Assembly (NCBI RefSeq): GCF_018350175.1
Contig: NC_058373.1
Coordinates: forward strand, 113,648,001 to 113,712,000
Source of the DNA: Felis catus
Taxonomy: Eukaryota
Direction of reading: 5' to 3'
DNA length: 64,000 nucleotides
Of this stretch, positions 50,975 to 63,491 are shown piece after piece (the stretch's first letter is position 1; each line of letters begins with the position of its first letter). The position numbers were made by a program, and so were the translations under genes. The notes below the pieces were generated by a model. It saw nothing but the letters and a program-made list of their open reading frames with translations. It had not been told where the DNA came from and made no database searches.

Positions 50975-51379
50975 GTCTATATTAGGAATAGTTACGATGA
51001 TGATCCATTACAAGAATCCAAAACGTGCCATCTGAATCAATAAAGCAAGATAAAAATATGTTTTTCATAGTTTTAGCCTTGAGGTATTTTATTTCTGATT
51101 TGTGTGTGATATATAAAATAGAGATAGCACCAGTATCCTTGTGGGGCTGTTAGGAGGGTTAAATCAATGCTCTTTGTAGTGCCTTATGCATGGAAGCATT
51201 AGCTATTAGCTGTTGTTATTGTTATAATAATATATTGTATGCATTACATTTGTTTCTACTTTGTTTTATGAGTTTCTACTTCTGTTTTATCTTTGCCCTA
51301 TTTGCATTATATTTAATTTTGTAAGCCAGTTGAAAATCTTTTTGAATTTAGTTGAAATGCAGATCTTAAGTGTGGCAGT

Positions 51380-52025
51380 TGTATTGTTCCTGTTCCCAAG
51401 GTTGTGTAACAAATTACCCCAAATTTAGTGATGTAGAACAATCAGTTATTATGCTCACAGATTCTGTGGATCAGGAGTCTGGACAGGGCACAGCAGGGAT
51501 GACTTCTCTTTGTTCCACAAGGTCTGAAGCTGGAAAACTCAGACGCTGGGAACTGGAATCATCTGAAGGCTCATTCATTCATATGTCTGGCAGTGGTTGT
51601 TGGCTGTTGGCTGGGAAGGCTCCCGTTCCTTTCCACATGTATCTCTCCTTGTGATCTCTCCAAATGGATGAGTTTGGGTTTCCTTAAGTGGGCTGTCTGG
51701 GTTCCCCAGAGCATGCATTCCAAAAAGTGAGAGAGCCAGGCAGAAGCTGTATCCTCTCTATGACACAGTCTTGGAAATCATAGAACATCATTTCTTTCCT
51801 GCTCTGTTGCTCAGAACAGTCACAAGTCCATCTAAGTTCAAGGGGAGAAAAATAGACTCCACTTTAAACTATATATATATTTTATTTATATTATTTTTTT
51901 AAAGTAGGCTCCTCACTCAGTGTGGGGCTTGAACTCACAGCCCTGGATCAAGAGTCACATGCTCTACCGACTGAGCCACCCAGGCACCCCTAGACTCCAC
52001 TTTTTGATGGAGAGTGGCAAGGTCC
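51380..52025 (-). mobile_element. MaLR LTR (MLT1F-like)
   Basis: tgtgtaacaaattaccccaaatttagtg...atgctcacagattctgtggatcaggag...ctggaatcatctgaaggctcattc. Confidence 0.85.
51866..51990 (-). mobile_element. Short tRNA-like Can-SINE
   Basis: TSD tagactccacttt at 51853-51865 and 51991-52003. Confidence 0.9.
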
Positions 52026-52659
52026 TCATTCATGAAAGACACATTTATTGAACATCTGTTATGGTGGGGATATAAAGATAAAGCTTTGCTCTGGAAGGTG
52101 TGAGTAGTGTGGTGGGGCAGAGGTATAAAGAGTAATAGTCATTGCAGCATAGGATGGGGGAGTGATAGGTTATAAAGCAGGTATGTAAAAGTGCTGTGAA
52201 AAGAAGCAGGTTTTGGTAGTCTTAAGCAACCATTTCACTTTTCTCTGACATTATTTATTCATCTAAAAATGCTGTATCTTCAGTGGACCTTTTAAAATTC
52301 TTCAGGACATAATCTCTTTTTTTCTTTGCATTCCTGTATCATTTTATCTTATGGTATTTATCATTTTTTTTATCTTGTTAAATCATTATTTGTGCAGATC
52401 TTATCTTCCTTACTTGAAGACTTAAGCATTTCTGTATTACAGCCAGTCAACATAGTACTCTTCAGAAATACTTTCTAAACATTTACTGAATGACTCAAGT
52501 AGGAAAACTGATTAACGTACTTAGTTGTCAGTGTCTGCTCCCACCTTTTTGAGGGCTTTTTAAAGGCGCTGATAGGTAGAAAAATAGGCAGTTTCAGGAT
52601 AAAACAAGATACATGGATAGCTCACCATTGAATAATCAGGTTAATTTTGTGGATTCTTT

Positions 52660-53050
52660 AGGGGAGTAAAAGCCCTAATTTGTAGCATTTTCCAATTTCC
52701 ATGATATGAATGCTCCCACTATGGCCAATTTCATGCTACCAATATGACATCACTGAATGTGGCATTGGGAGAGATGCTCAATAGATAGGATTATATAGTA
52801 GTATTCTCACCATATAGATACAGTAGATGTAAATAACTTCCAGCACAGATAATGGTAAACTGTAGCAACAGAATTAATAAATGGTGAGTTTAAGTGTCTA
52901 CCATATTTGCTTTAATAAAATCTATTTAATTGTACATTTACAAAATTTAATTTATATTGCTATCTATATTTAACAACTGGTTTAGAAAATTTCCAAAAAT
53001 CTAACAGTCAGCACTCATGAATCAGTACAAGTTGACTCTACCATGTCTCT
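52660..53050. mobile_element. MER63-like hAT (Blackjack) element
   Basis: aaagccctaatttgtagcattttccaatttccatg...ctcccactatggccaatttcatgctacc...tttaacaactgg. Confidence 0.8.
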
Positions 53051-53777
53051 TTACCCAGGTCTTGCCATTTAGTGATTGTATGACTCTGGCTAGTAATTTC
53101 ACCGCTAGAATCTATGCTAAGGAAATTAATCTGTGAATTGGAAAAAGCAGAATACAGTTCAGCACATTATTAACATAACAAAAAGCAGCCTAGTTGTTTA
53201 AAGTGAATTGTATTAAGTAAATTTCACTGGAATGTTTCCTGGAATTAAAAGTGACTTCTCTGAAGGTTTTATAACAACATGGGAAAAATACCATATGTTT
53301 AAGTGAATCAAAAAAGCAAGAAAGCAGGAAAGAATGCTATTTAATTGATATAGAATGATCAAAATGTTTAACAAATATAAAAATATCCTAAGTAGAAGGA
53401 AATGTTAGTGTTTGGAGTTGGTAAGGATGTGGCTGTGTTCTTTTCTGTATCCTTTTCTTCATTTTCCAAGTTTCCAGGCAGGAGGAGATTTTATATTTAT
53501 AATGAAAGTATAATATTTTGTCACAAAACCAGATTCTAATTAATAACTCTAATTTTTTGTTGAATTAAAAGGCATTGTCAAAGTAGATCATTTTTGTGTT
53601 AGAAATGATTTTATTCTCACAACCAATAGAACATAGAAATTGAATTTGCTTCTTATAGATCAATACTGCATTTGTTTTTTCTCCTAGATTTTATGTGCAG
53701 ATTATCATAGATTTCCACGGGAAATTTTAAATTTTTATAAAAGTATCCCACATTACAATTTTCTTTTAACTCCAGAA

Positions 53778-53781
53778 TCTA

Positions 53782-53845
<64 letters not shown>
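53778..53845. repeat. Compound tetranucleotide STR (TCTA)1(TCTG)4(TCTA)12
   Basis: Counted directly. Confidence 0.95.
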
Positions 53846-53846
<1 letters not shown>

Positions 53847-54016
53847 GAGAGAGAGAGAGAGAGTGAGCAGGGGAGAGGGGCAGGGGAAAGAATCTTAAGC
53901 AGCCTCTATGCTCACCATGGAGCCCAAAGTGGGACTCTATCCCTTGACCCTGAGATCATGACCTGAGCTGAAATTAGGAGTCAGACGCTTAACCGACTGA
54001 GCCACCCAAGTGCCCC
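53846..54016 (-). mobile_element. Can-SINE whose tail position is occupied by the STR
   Basis: Body and head ...gagccacccaagtgcccc; flanks ccagaatctatct / ccagaattatct. Confidence 0.92.
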
Positions 54017-54210
54017 CAGAATTATCTATTTAAAAACTGCTTGGTAGCTAATCAGCTACATAAAGAAAATTTAAGATATATTGTTCCAAAATTGAGGAGG
54101 GTCCTGTGTGTCCCACATTCCTGTCTAATCTATGACTTGTTAAAATTTTACTTGACCGTATATAGCACTTCTTATTTTAATAAAGGAATTTCTCAGATAT
54201 TTTAAGATTA

Positions 54211-54848
54211 CAGGTTTCCCCCACTATCCAAAAGTAGAGCATTCCTATGAAATCTTTTGTAGGCAGAGCTGGTATAAAGTGAAGAAGCAATTACCATTAA
54301 TTTATATTGAAAAAATGTGAGGATGGGTATTGAGGAGGGCACCTTTTGGGATGAACACTGGGTGTTGTATGGAAACCAATTTGACAATAAATTTCATATA
54401 TTGAAAAAAATAATAAATCTCTTAAGATCAGAAAAAAAAAAAAAGAAAAAAATGTGAGGATTCCTAGATTTCCAAATAAACCTCTTGTAGGCTTTTCTGA
54501 TACCTTAGGACACATCTTGCTAACGGATACACAAAATAAATTGAGATAAAGCACAGATGTTCAACAGACAAAGTTCAAAGCTTTGGGGGCTTGATGCTGA
54601 GATGCTGCTGAGTGTGGTTCCCTCCCAAGGAGCCGGGCAGGGCCTCTCTCTGCTGGGGTGCTCCCTACAAAACAGATGCTAAATGCTGGTTTTGCTTTTT
54701 GTCTTTTTGTAAAAGCAAAAATTCTCTTGAGCTTTGTTTGTTTGTTTGTTTGTTTTCCCCGGTGAGAGAGCACACGTACTAATGAAGGTCTTCTATAAAA
54801 TTGAAGTGGGGGTAATAATGTAAACTTTTGAAAAGCAGGAGATATCTG
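54211..54848. mobile_element. Tigger-type non-autonomous DNA transposon (MER82-like)
   Basis: TA|caggtttcccccactatccaaaagt ... acttttgaaaagcaggagatatctg|TA: imperfect TIRs with TA TSD. Confidence 0.75.
54325..54446 (+). mobile_element. Felid L1 extreme 3' end with extra 3' sequence
   Basis: TSD aaaaaatgtgaggat at 54310-54324 and 54447-54461; body matches the L1 end at 27870-27963. Confidence 0.92.
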
Positions 54849-55469
54849 TATCTTCAAAAACAAGCAGACAATATAATTTCACAACCTTTCAGAAAATAGT
54901 TTCAACTACTTTTCCTGTCCCTTTTTACTTAATAACTGGTTCATTTTAGTGGAAAATTTAAAAAAGCCAAGTTTCTTTGTAATTTTTTTCTTATAAAGAC
55001 TAAGATATGATGAAACAAATCACCTGTGGCATACCTTGTAGAAGCAAGTGCCTTTTTGGTGATTTTTAAAGGTACTAATTTAAATGTCAAAGCAAGTTCT
55101 ACTAAGGTCTTACCTTTATTCCAAGGTTGAAATGTCTCATCACTTTATTTACTTGGTTTGGATGAGCTTTAACAAGGATTTGGTTTAAAAATAATTCTCT
55201 ATATGGGGGAGAAATGGAAGCATTTCATGATCTCTTAAACTTAGTGATCTCTCCCTCTAGGAACTCCTAGTATTTCTTACTATTTTTTGTTTTTGACATG
55301 TGCTGTTATTAACCTTTTGAATTATTCAGCTTTGTATTTCTCTGGATTGCCTCTCTAAAATACCGTAAACTCTTTGAGGCAGAAACTTGTGTTCTGTTCA
55401 TTATACCCATGGGGTATAATGTTTAGTGAACTTTAGAGTAAGTAAGCCTAATAATTGAATGAATGACTA

Positions 55470-55834
55470 TATATTAGTTTGCCTAGGCTGTTTTAATTAA
55501 ATACTATAGACTGGGTACTTAAACAAGAGAAGTTTATTTTCTCACAGTTTTGGAGGCTTGGAAATCCAAGATTAAATGCCAGTCAACTCGGTGACTTTTC
55601 CTGGCTTACCTTTTCACTGTATCCTCAAATGGCTGGGGGGAGAGAAAGAAAAAGCAGCAAGTTCTTTGGTGTTTCTTCTCATATAAGCACTAATTTCATC
55701 CTGAGGGCCACACCCTCATGACTTCACTAAATCTGATTACCTCTCAAAGGCCCCATCTCCAAATACCATCTCACTGAGATTTAGGGCTTCAACATAGAAG
55801 TTTTGAAGGGACACGATGAAGTCCCTCCATAGCA
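55470..55834 (-). mobile_element. MaLR solo LTR (MLT1A-like)
   Basis: Near-full LTR (ttctcacagttttggaggcttggaaatccaagat...aaaggccccatctccaaataccatc); 5-bp TSD gacta/gactg. Confidence 0.88.
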
Positions 55835-56199
55835 GACTGCTTCAGGGACATTTTGATCACTGTAACAGCGATTAAACACATATGAAAAAATTAATCAGAG
55901 TCAAAACAGTTTAGAGAAATTGAGCCAGATTGTAAAGGAGCCCTGTAAAGGAACAGAAGAAGAATAAATTAAAGAGATGGAACCAAAATCTACAAAGTAT
56001 TATTTCATTGAAGAAAAGTTTCAGAAAGTTGGCCTGGTTGACAGTGGTGGATTCTATATCGAATTCAAGTAGAAAGAAAGTTAAGAATTGGTCATCTTTA
56101 TTATTTACCAGTATTTCTTTTATGATTATGGTTGACAAAGGTATAGGACTGAATATCAGATATGCTGGAAGGAAAACAATTTAGAAAGTAATTGTTTCA

Positions 56200-56365
56200 G
56201 GGCGCCTGGGTGGCTCAGTTGGTTAAGCGTCTGACTTCGGCTCAGGTCATGATCTCATGGTCTGTGAGTTCGAGCCCCACGTAGGGCTCTGTGCTGACAG
56301 CTCAGAGTCTGGAGCCTGCTTCAGATTCTGTGTCTCCCTCTCTCTCTGACCCTCCCCCGTTCATG

Positions 56366-56401
<36 letters not shown>

Positions 56402-56437
56402 AATAAATGAACATTAAAAAAAAATTAAAAAAAAAAA
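56200..56437 (+). mobile_element. SINEC_Fc-type SINE
   Basis: TSD agaaagtaattgtttca at 56183-56199 and 56438-56454. Confidence 0.97.
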
Positions 56438-56447
56438 AGAAAGTAAT

Positions 56448-56830
56448 TGTTTCAGTTAAGATTAGGTTGACCACGTATGACAAAAAGATGTCTTACTGCT
56501 TCCTTATCCCTAGCATTGCCTTGTGGCCCAAGATGGCTGCTAGAGCTTGAGCCATTACATCAGTGATACAGCTAGTGAAGAGAGACAGCTAGTGAGGAGA
56601 GAACAAGAGTGTGCTCCTTTCCTTTAAGGGCACTTTTGGGAAGTTGCACATAGCAGTTTCTCTTTGGCTAACATTTAGTCATGTGGCCACAACTAACTAT
56701 AAGAGGGAAAACTAGGAAATAATTGTCTTTTGGTTGGGCATCAGTGTACCCAGCCAAGAATTGGGGTTCTTATTACTAGGAAAAAGGGGAAAATGGGCAA
56801 TGGGGGACAATTAGCTATCTATGCTATAGT
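56448..56830 (-). mobile_element. Old MaLR LTR (MLT1J/K-like)
   Basis: tgtttcagttaagattagg...ccaagatggctgc...ttagtcatgtggccaca...ggggttcttattactagg. Confidence 0.7.
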
Positions 56831-57271
56831 AATCATTTTTATTTTCAAGCATTACAGTGTTTATTAGACAATTGATAATTAATTGGCTTTTATATATACT
56901 CTAAAAAATACATAGAAAATTTGAGTTGGTTTAGATCATTTATGGAATATATTTTATTTTATTTATTTTTTTGAATATATTTTAGTAACTAGTCCATATT
57001 TAAAGAAAGTGATGAACATGGCCCCTAATCTTGTTTTTCTTTTCTTTTGAACTTTTCTTTTGTCAATGTCTTTTTAAAAAATTACTTAAATTTACTTTAA
57101 AAAATTATACTAGAAATGCAGTTCTTTTAGAAAAAAAATCAGAAAATATTGAGGACTAAAAGGTAGAAAAGAAAAACCACTTATAATTGCATTATCTGCC
57201 ATTAACATTTTGGTATATATTTGTTTAGACTTTTTCAATGCTCCTATGTAAACATTCATTTTTGTGTGTGT

Positions 57272-57430
57272 GTAATGGGTACAAAGTTTAAGTTTGAGAA
57301 GATAAAAAATTTCTGAAGAGGGATGGTGGTGATAGTTGCATAACAGTGTGAATACATTTAATGTCACTGAACTGTATACTTGAAAATAGTCAAAATGGTA
57401 AGCTTTATGTATACTTTATCATAATAAAAA
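57272..57430 (+). mobile_element. L1MB-like extreme 3' end
   Basis: taatgggtacaaagttt...gatggtggtgatagttgcataacagtgtgaat...cactgaactgtatactt. Confidence 0.85.
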
Positions 57431-58039
57431 ACATTATTTACAAAAATGAGATCATATTCAACATCTTAATTTATAACTTGCTATTAATTCTTAATAAAAA
57501 GAGAACACCTTCCCACATAAATAAATATATTTTTGCAATGTGATTTTTGTGGCTGAATATTTATCCTTTGGATGTACCACTTTTTATTGAGGGCAGTGTT
57601 AAAGCAAATAAAGAGGAATGTTAGCTCTTTCCTTTTTAAGTGGATTCACAGAGAGCTTTGTGATGCATGGCAGAAGACTTGGGGAAATAACCAGATGGTG
57701 GAAACTGAAAACCCCCCTGGGTCCTTAAACTGTGTCTGCCTTGTTCAAATGACTCTCTAAATAAACTGCTTTACTGTTCTGATGTCAACATGGCAGCTCT
57801 GGGTTTTTCTTTATTTTCCAAAGCATATTTTTTTTTTATTTGTCTAAAAGGATGTTTATTCCAGACTCGTGGTTCTCTTGGATTTCTTCCTTACTATGTT
57901 AATGTCATATTAGAGGAATCAGGGCAAAAGAGAATTGTAGATGGAGAACATCACACCCTGAGAAATGGTTCCTTCACACAAGGATCGGATGCCAATGATG
58001 ACAGGCATGTCTGAAATTTCAGCATTGGTAAGCCACTCT

Positions 58040-60955
58040 TAGGTAGGTCTCCTTACTTGAGGTCTGGCTCTCCCCTGAGGTACTATTTCCCCTCCAGCCC
58101 TTCTGAGAGGATGCTTACATTTTCCCACACCTCCACTGTTGTATGCCCAGCCACTGTCCTTTAAAGTCCCCCCTACTACTTGTAGGCCACCATTCTTCAC
58201 CTGCTATAAAATACTCTGCTTCACTGAGGATGCCTTTGCTACTTAACACAGAAAAGAAATAGTTGGTTTAGCTGTCATTGTCCCCCTTCCCCTCCACTTC
58301 ACCTGTCGTCTTGGAAGTCTTGTATGTGTACCTCCATTTTGGCTGTTACTCTTCTTCCAATGCTCTTTTCTCCCCATTTCTTTTAAAAAATGCGTCTTTG
58401 ATACCCTTTTCTTCCATGCCACTTTTCTACCCACCTTTCACCTCTTTTATAAAATTCAAGTGTTTTCCCCTCTGGCCATAATTTCTTTATCTTTCCAGCT
58501 TATCACCAAATCTTCAGCCTTGTGGGGACTTGCGCTTATATTGGACAAGTTCCTCACCATCCTTTCTCTTCACTTCAGGTTCCGTGGACCTTAAATCTAA
58601 CTTGTCTCTTGTCAACTTACTAAACTCCTATGCCCCATTATCAGTCAGATCTGCCTGGTAAATTCCCAAATGTGGGTGACTCTGGAGCTTTTTCTACACT
58701 TTCTCCTGAGTTGCTGAGTTTATTTGGAGAAGAATATAGAGCGAGGCAGCTTCATGTAACTATAAACACGTGGGCATCCACCTCATTTGTCCTTTCAGCA
58801 TTACCCAGAGATCTTGTTTTATTTCCTAAAGAACTCTTTCCTTCATTTGCCAGGACAATATGCTTCAGCTGGGGCTTCTCCTTCCAGTCTCATCTCCTGT
58901 CCACTGCCTCACACAGACCTTCCCCTGAGCATCTCATGTAAACAGCTCTGCCTAAACACTCTCAGTCCCATTACCTGGCTTAATTTCCTTCATTATCATA
59001 TCACAGTGTGAAATTACCATATTTATTTACTTGTTTATTTGATGTGTTCCCTACAAGAATGTAAAGATCATGTGCACAGGGAACATTATCTTTTTTTTTT
59101 TTTTTTTTTCACTACTGTAACCCCAGGGCCTACGATAGTACCCAATACAGAGTAGGCACTCAAAAAACTTTGTTCTGTGAATGAATGACAATTTTACTCA
59201 TTTTCTACTCTTCTCAAACATCTTACTCATTAATTCTGTCTTGGTACACAGCAAATGACTACTTCCAAGTCAGTAGGAAAGATAGAACCTTCAAATGGAA
59301 AACTCCTTCCTCAACTGCTGTCTAATGTATAAACCTTCTCATGTGGTTATTTTCCTCTGTCCCTTCTATTAGGAAAAAAAGTTTTCCTTTATTTCCTAAA
59401 GTCTGGATTCCATTCTTTTCCACCTTAGAGGGATCTTGATTTTTCTCAAATCCCATCTCCCAGATTCTGTTTGTAGCCTAGTGGTTATGAGCATGGGCCT
59501 TGTAATCAGACATACTTGGACTCCAATTTGGGGTCTACTGTTATGAAATTTTAGGCAAATTATATAATATCTCTCAGCCTTGGTTTCCTCATGTGTTAGT
59601 TGGGAATAATAATACCTATGTCTTAGGGTCGTTGTGAAGATTAAAAGAGAGAATATCCTTAAAATGCTAAGCTCTGTGGCTGGTACAAAGTAAGCACTCA
59701 GAAGAAAGGTCTTTGTATTATTATGACCTCCCTTTCTACTGGCTCCTAAGTTTATTAAATTTATCTTTAAAAATTGTTCTACTTCAACTACACATTTAGC
59801 ACTGTATCTGTCTCTTCCCTATCATATTCTCAACTTTTTACCTTCTACTCATTTTGCAACTTAATTTAGTTTCTGGCTTCCCAAGCATTTTACGTTTTAT
59901 TTCCAATCCTAATCTCATTCCTTTCCCATCTGATCTACTTTCAGTGACTTCATCTTCCAGTGGTTCAAGTCAGAGACATGGAAAATACCCTTGTTTCTTT
60001 GTTCTTTTCTCTCTACATTCCATCACCAAGTAGAATTCTGATAATATTATCTCCTAATTATTTCCTGAAGTTTTCCACATCTCTCTCTCTCCCTTTTTTT
60101 TTAATCCACATCTCCCTCTCTTTCTTTCTCTCTCTCTCTCTCTCTCTCTTTTGGATGTCACCATTCCAGTCCAAGGAACTATCATCTCTCACAGAATTGT
60201 GCCAGTAGCCTTGTACCATTCACCCCTCACCACACTATTCCATATCCACACTGTAAATGGAATGATCTTTCTTAAAAATTATTTTTTAGGGAGGGAGAAA
60301 GAGAGTGCACACACGAACAGGGGAGAGGAGCAGAGGGGGAGAGAGAGAATCTTAAGCAGACTCCATGCTCAGTGCAGAGCCCAACACTGGACTCAATCCC
60401 ATGACCCTAGGATCATGACCTGAGCTGAAATCAAGAGTTGGATGCTCAACTGACTGAGCCACCCAGGCGCCTCTAGAATGATCTTCTAAAAAATGCAAAC
60501 CTGATAATGTTATTCCCTTTTCTAAACATTCCAGTGACTTCTTATTGCCCTTAGGAGCCTTCTTGAACAAGGACCTACTTGTTTCTCTTCAGCATTATCT
60601 TGCAGCATTGTTCTCCTTATCTAAGTCCCTCTCCCTATTGAATTTAATTTCTTTCCATTTTGTTTTTCTCCCTCTTGCCTCTGGGCTATTTCACATTCTG
60701 TTTCTCTCCCTCTTTCATCATCCCTCCTTGTCTAAGTCTTGCTTAGTCTTTGGTCTCAACCAAAACTTTACTTCCTCAAATGGGCCTTCCTGTAGGGTTG
60801 GTGTTCTCTGTTTTGTCCCATATTACTCTATCAACGCAGTGTTCCTTGTCTCTTCTCAAGATCCCTGAAGGCAGGAGCCATGTTCTTTTTGTTCATCAAT
60901 GTATTCCCTAGTGTAGTGCCTGGTCTATAGTAGACACTCAGTAACATTTTGTGAA
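58040..60955 (+). mobile_element. Composite L2 region with MIR (about 59475-59720) and SINE insertions
   Basis: Pyrimidine-rich L2 motifs; L2 3' ends near 59190 and 60955; MIR core ctctcagccttggtttcctcatgtg. Confidence 0.7.
60272..60473 (-). mobile_element. Can-SINE, older subfamily
   Basis: TSD gaatgatctt at 60260-60269 and 60476-60485. Confidence 0.94.
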
Positions 60956-61746
60956 ATGTTGTTGTTAATTAACAACAGGAGGAGAAAAACCATCCTTTAC
61001 CAGAACATTTGTGAGGGTTTAGAGCTACATATGGTATTCCTGTATTTAGCTTTGAATATTTCTTTAAACATAAGTAAATGTAGAAAGAGTAAGACTGCTT
61101 TTCAACACATGCTCTTATTTTTCTCTCCTCACACATTTCCTTATTTTAAAATCTCTTAATGTTTGTTTTCATTCTGTACTACAAACACCACATTTTCCCC
61201 CCCATTTGGATGCTTTTGAGTGTAAAATGCCACTTAACATCAGCACTTCTGCCAACTTTCATTCAGTCTTCCAGCTTTATTTGGATGACATTTCCACGGA
61301 TAATTTTGTGAAGTTTTTCAAGTAGAAGTTGTATTTAAATCATGCAGTCTTCAATTTGGTGTATCCTGAAAGATAACAAAGCCCATTGAATTGTCTTGTT
61401 CTTCAGGCTAAATAGAAAGCACCAGGAGGGCAGAAGGCTGTGGTTTAGACTTTTTTGGTCCCTTCATAGCCCTCCCCACAGGCAACTGCACACAGGAAGA
61501 CTGCTTCAGGGAGTCTGTTGATGGATTAATGATCCTCTCCTTTTCAGTCTCTGCTAGGCTGAAGGAGGCAATGGAGCTGAATCATCCCTGACGGGGAAAA
61601 ATGAATGCTCCGGAAAGCATTCATATTCTGGCTGAATGTAACCTGCTAGCTATGAAGCATTTTCATCAAGTTTATTTATGAAAGCTTCATTATGGAAAGT
61701 AGTTGATAAAGATTGTGTTTGATCCTGTTGTTCCTAAGAAAGACCC

Positions 61747-61767
61747 CTTTCTTTCTTTCTTTCTTTC

Positions 61768-61831
<64 letters not shown>

Positions 61832-61832
61832 T
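61747..61832. repeat. STR (CTTT)5 CT (CTTT)16
   Basis: Counted directly. Confidence 0.95.
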
Positions 61833-62085
61833 TTAAATCTGAGATAAAATTGGATCGTATACATTAATTTTCCTTGACTTACCGATATGACCACTGTTTT
61901 GACTATTTGATAGTGTAGTTTGAGGGAGCTTTTGTTTATTTTTTTAGTGCATCTTGCTTGAGTCAAAAACATAATTAGAAAAATTTTACAGGGAACTATT
62001 CCTAGTTTTGCAATTACTGACCCTTTTATATACCACTGGAAGATAGAATTTGTCAGAACTCTTTTTGACCCAGAACAGATTAGAC

Positions 62086-62303
62086 TTTTGTTTTTATTTT
62101 TATTTTATTTAAAAAACGTTTATTTACTTTGAGAAAGAGAGAGTGAGCAAGGGAGGGGCAGAGAGTGAGGGAGAGGGAGAATCCCAAGCAGGCTCCACCC
62201 TGTCAGCACAGAGCCCTATGTGGGGCTTAATCTCATGAACTGTGAAATCATGAACTGAACTGAAATCAAGAGCCAGACGCTTCATCTGCTGAACCACCCA
62301 GGT
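62086..62303 (-). mobile_element. Can-SINE missing the last few head bases
   Basis: Tail, GA tract and ...gaaccacccaggt followed by unrelated sequence; no TSD seen. Confidence 0.9.
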
Positions 62304-63269
62304 TAAAGGTTATTTGCCTCCTCAGGTCTATAACAAGAAGTCAGGAAGATAATTATTTATATAATTCCATGTGATGCAAAATTATCATCATCTAGAGTTA
62401 GTTAAATAATGGATGTCCCTTGTGCACATATGCAGGCAGACCCACATACCACTTGCAGCCAAAAAGGTAAATCTGTCATTTTAAAGTCCCCCAGAGTAAA
62501 GGCTATGTTAGACAGTTACAAAAAAGCCCTTTGGGGAACAAGAGTAGCCATATAATTTTTTTTCAAGTTTTTCTCTGGCAGTTTACCCAGAGAATTGGGG
62601 GGTGGGGGTGGGGGTGGTGGGGAGCTCATCTGAACCTGGTGTTACTAATGTTGCAAATTAGGTAAATTTACCATCATGTACCTTGGATTTCAAGCAGAAG
62701 TAAGAATTTAGGCTTCCAAAGTTAAATACATCCTAAGTCTGTGGTGGGGATAGGTTTGCTTCCCAGTTGCAATAAGATTTCTGATTCTTTTGGATTCTGA
62801 TAATTTAATTTACCTATTTCCTCTCACATAAATAAAACTGCTTGGGAGTTTATATTCATGGATTTCATCCTTTTATCTTTTATTTCCAGGGTCTGACTTT
62901 TGTTTTCTTTTTTTTTCCCTCTTATTTTTAAAGATAAAAACTTAAGGTATTTGTTTATTAGGAAGGTTGGCAGGATGTCAGTTTTAAAGTATTCAGAATG
63001 AGCTGTTTTTGCTTTATACACATGCTCAGATACTCTGTAAAAACATGAACTAATACAAGGAAAACATCTCTAAAAAGTGAAGACTTACTTTCTCACCAAC
63101 TTACAGATTCTGAGTTATATTCTTGGGTGGGATATGTAAGGAAGAAAATATAACATTAACCTCCCCTTGTTGAGTACTAATATACAAGGAAATCTTACCT
63201 TGTTACTATTTTACAACTCCCAACACCTCAGAAGGTGGATTCCAGTTGCCATTTAAAAAATTAACTCTA

Positions 63270-63491
63270 GGGGCGCCTGGGTGGCGCAGTCGGTTAAGCG
63301 TCCGACTTCAGCCAGGTCACGATCTCGCGGTCCGGGAGTTCGAGCCCCGCATCAGGCTCTGGGCTGATGGCTCAGAGCCTGGAGCCTGTTTCCGATTCTG
63401 TGTCTCCCTCTCTCTCTGCCCCTCGCCCGTTCATGCTCTGTCTCTCTCTGTCCCAAAAATAAATAAACGTTGAAAAAAAAATTTAAAAAAT
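63270..63491 (+). mobile_element. Young SINEC_Fc-type SINE
   Basis: Perfect TSD aaaaaattaactcta at 63255-63269 and 63492-63506; CpGs intact. Confidence 0.98.

Noticed and set aside
57790..58033. Possible exon ending at donor TTG|GTAAGC (58027), and ORF 57790..58014
   Set aside because: Stops occur in all frames from the candidate acceptors, and there is no recognisable protein similarity. A non-coding exon cannot be excluded.
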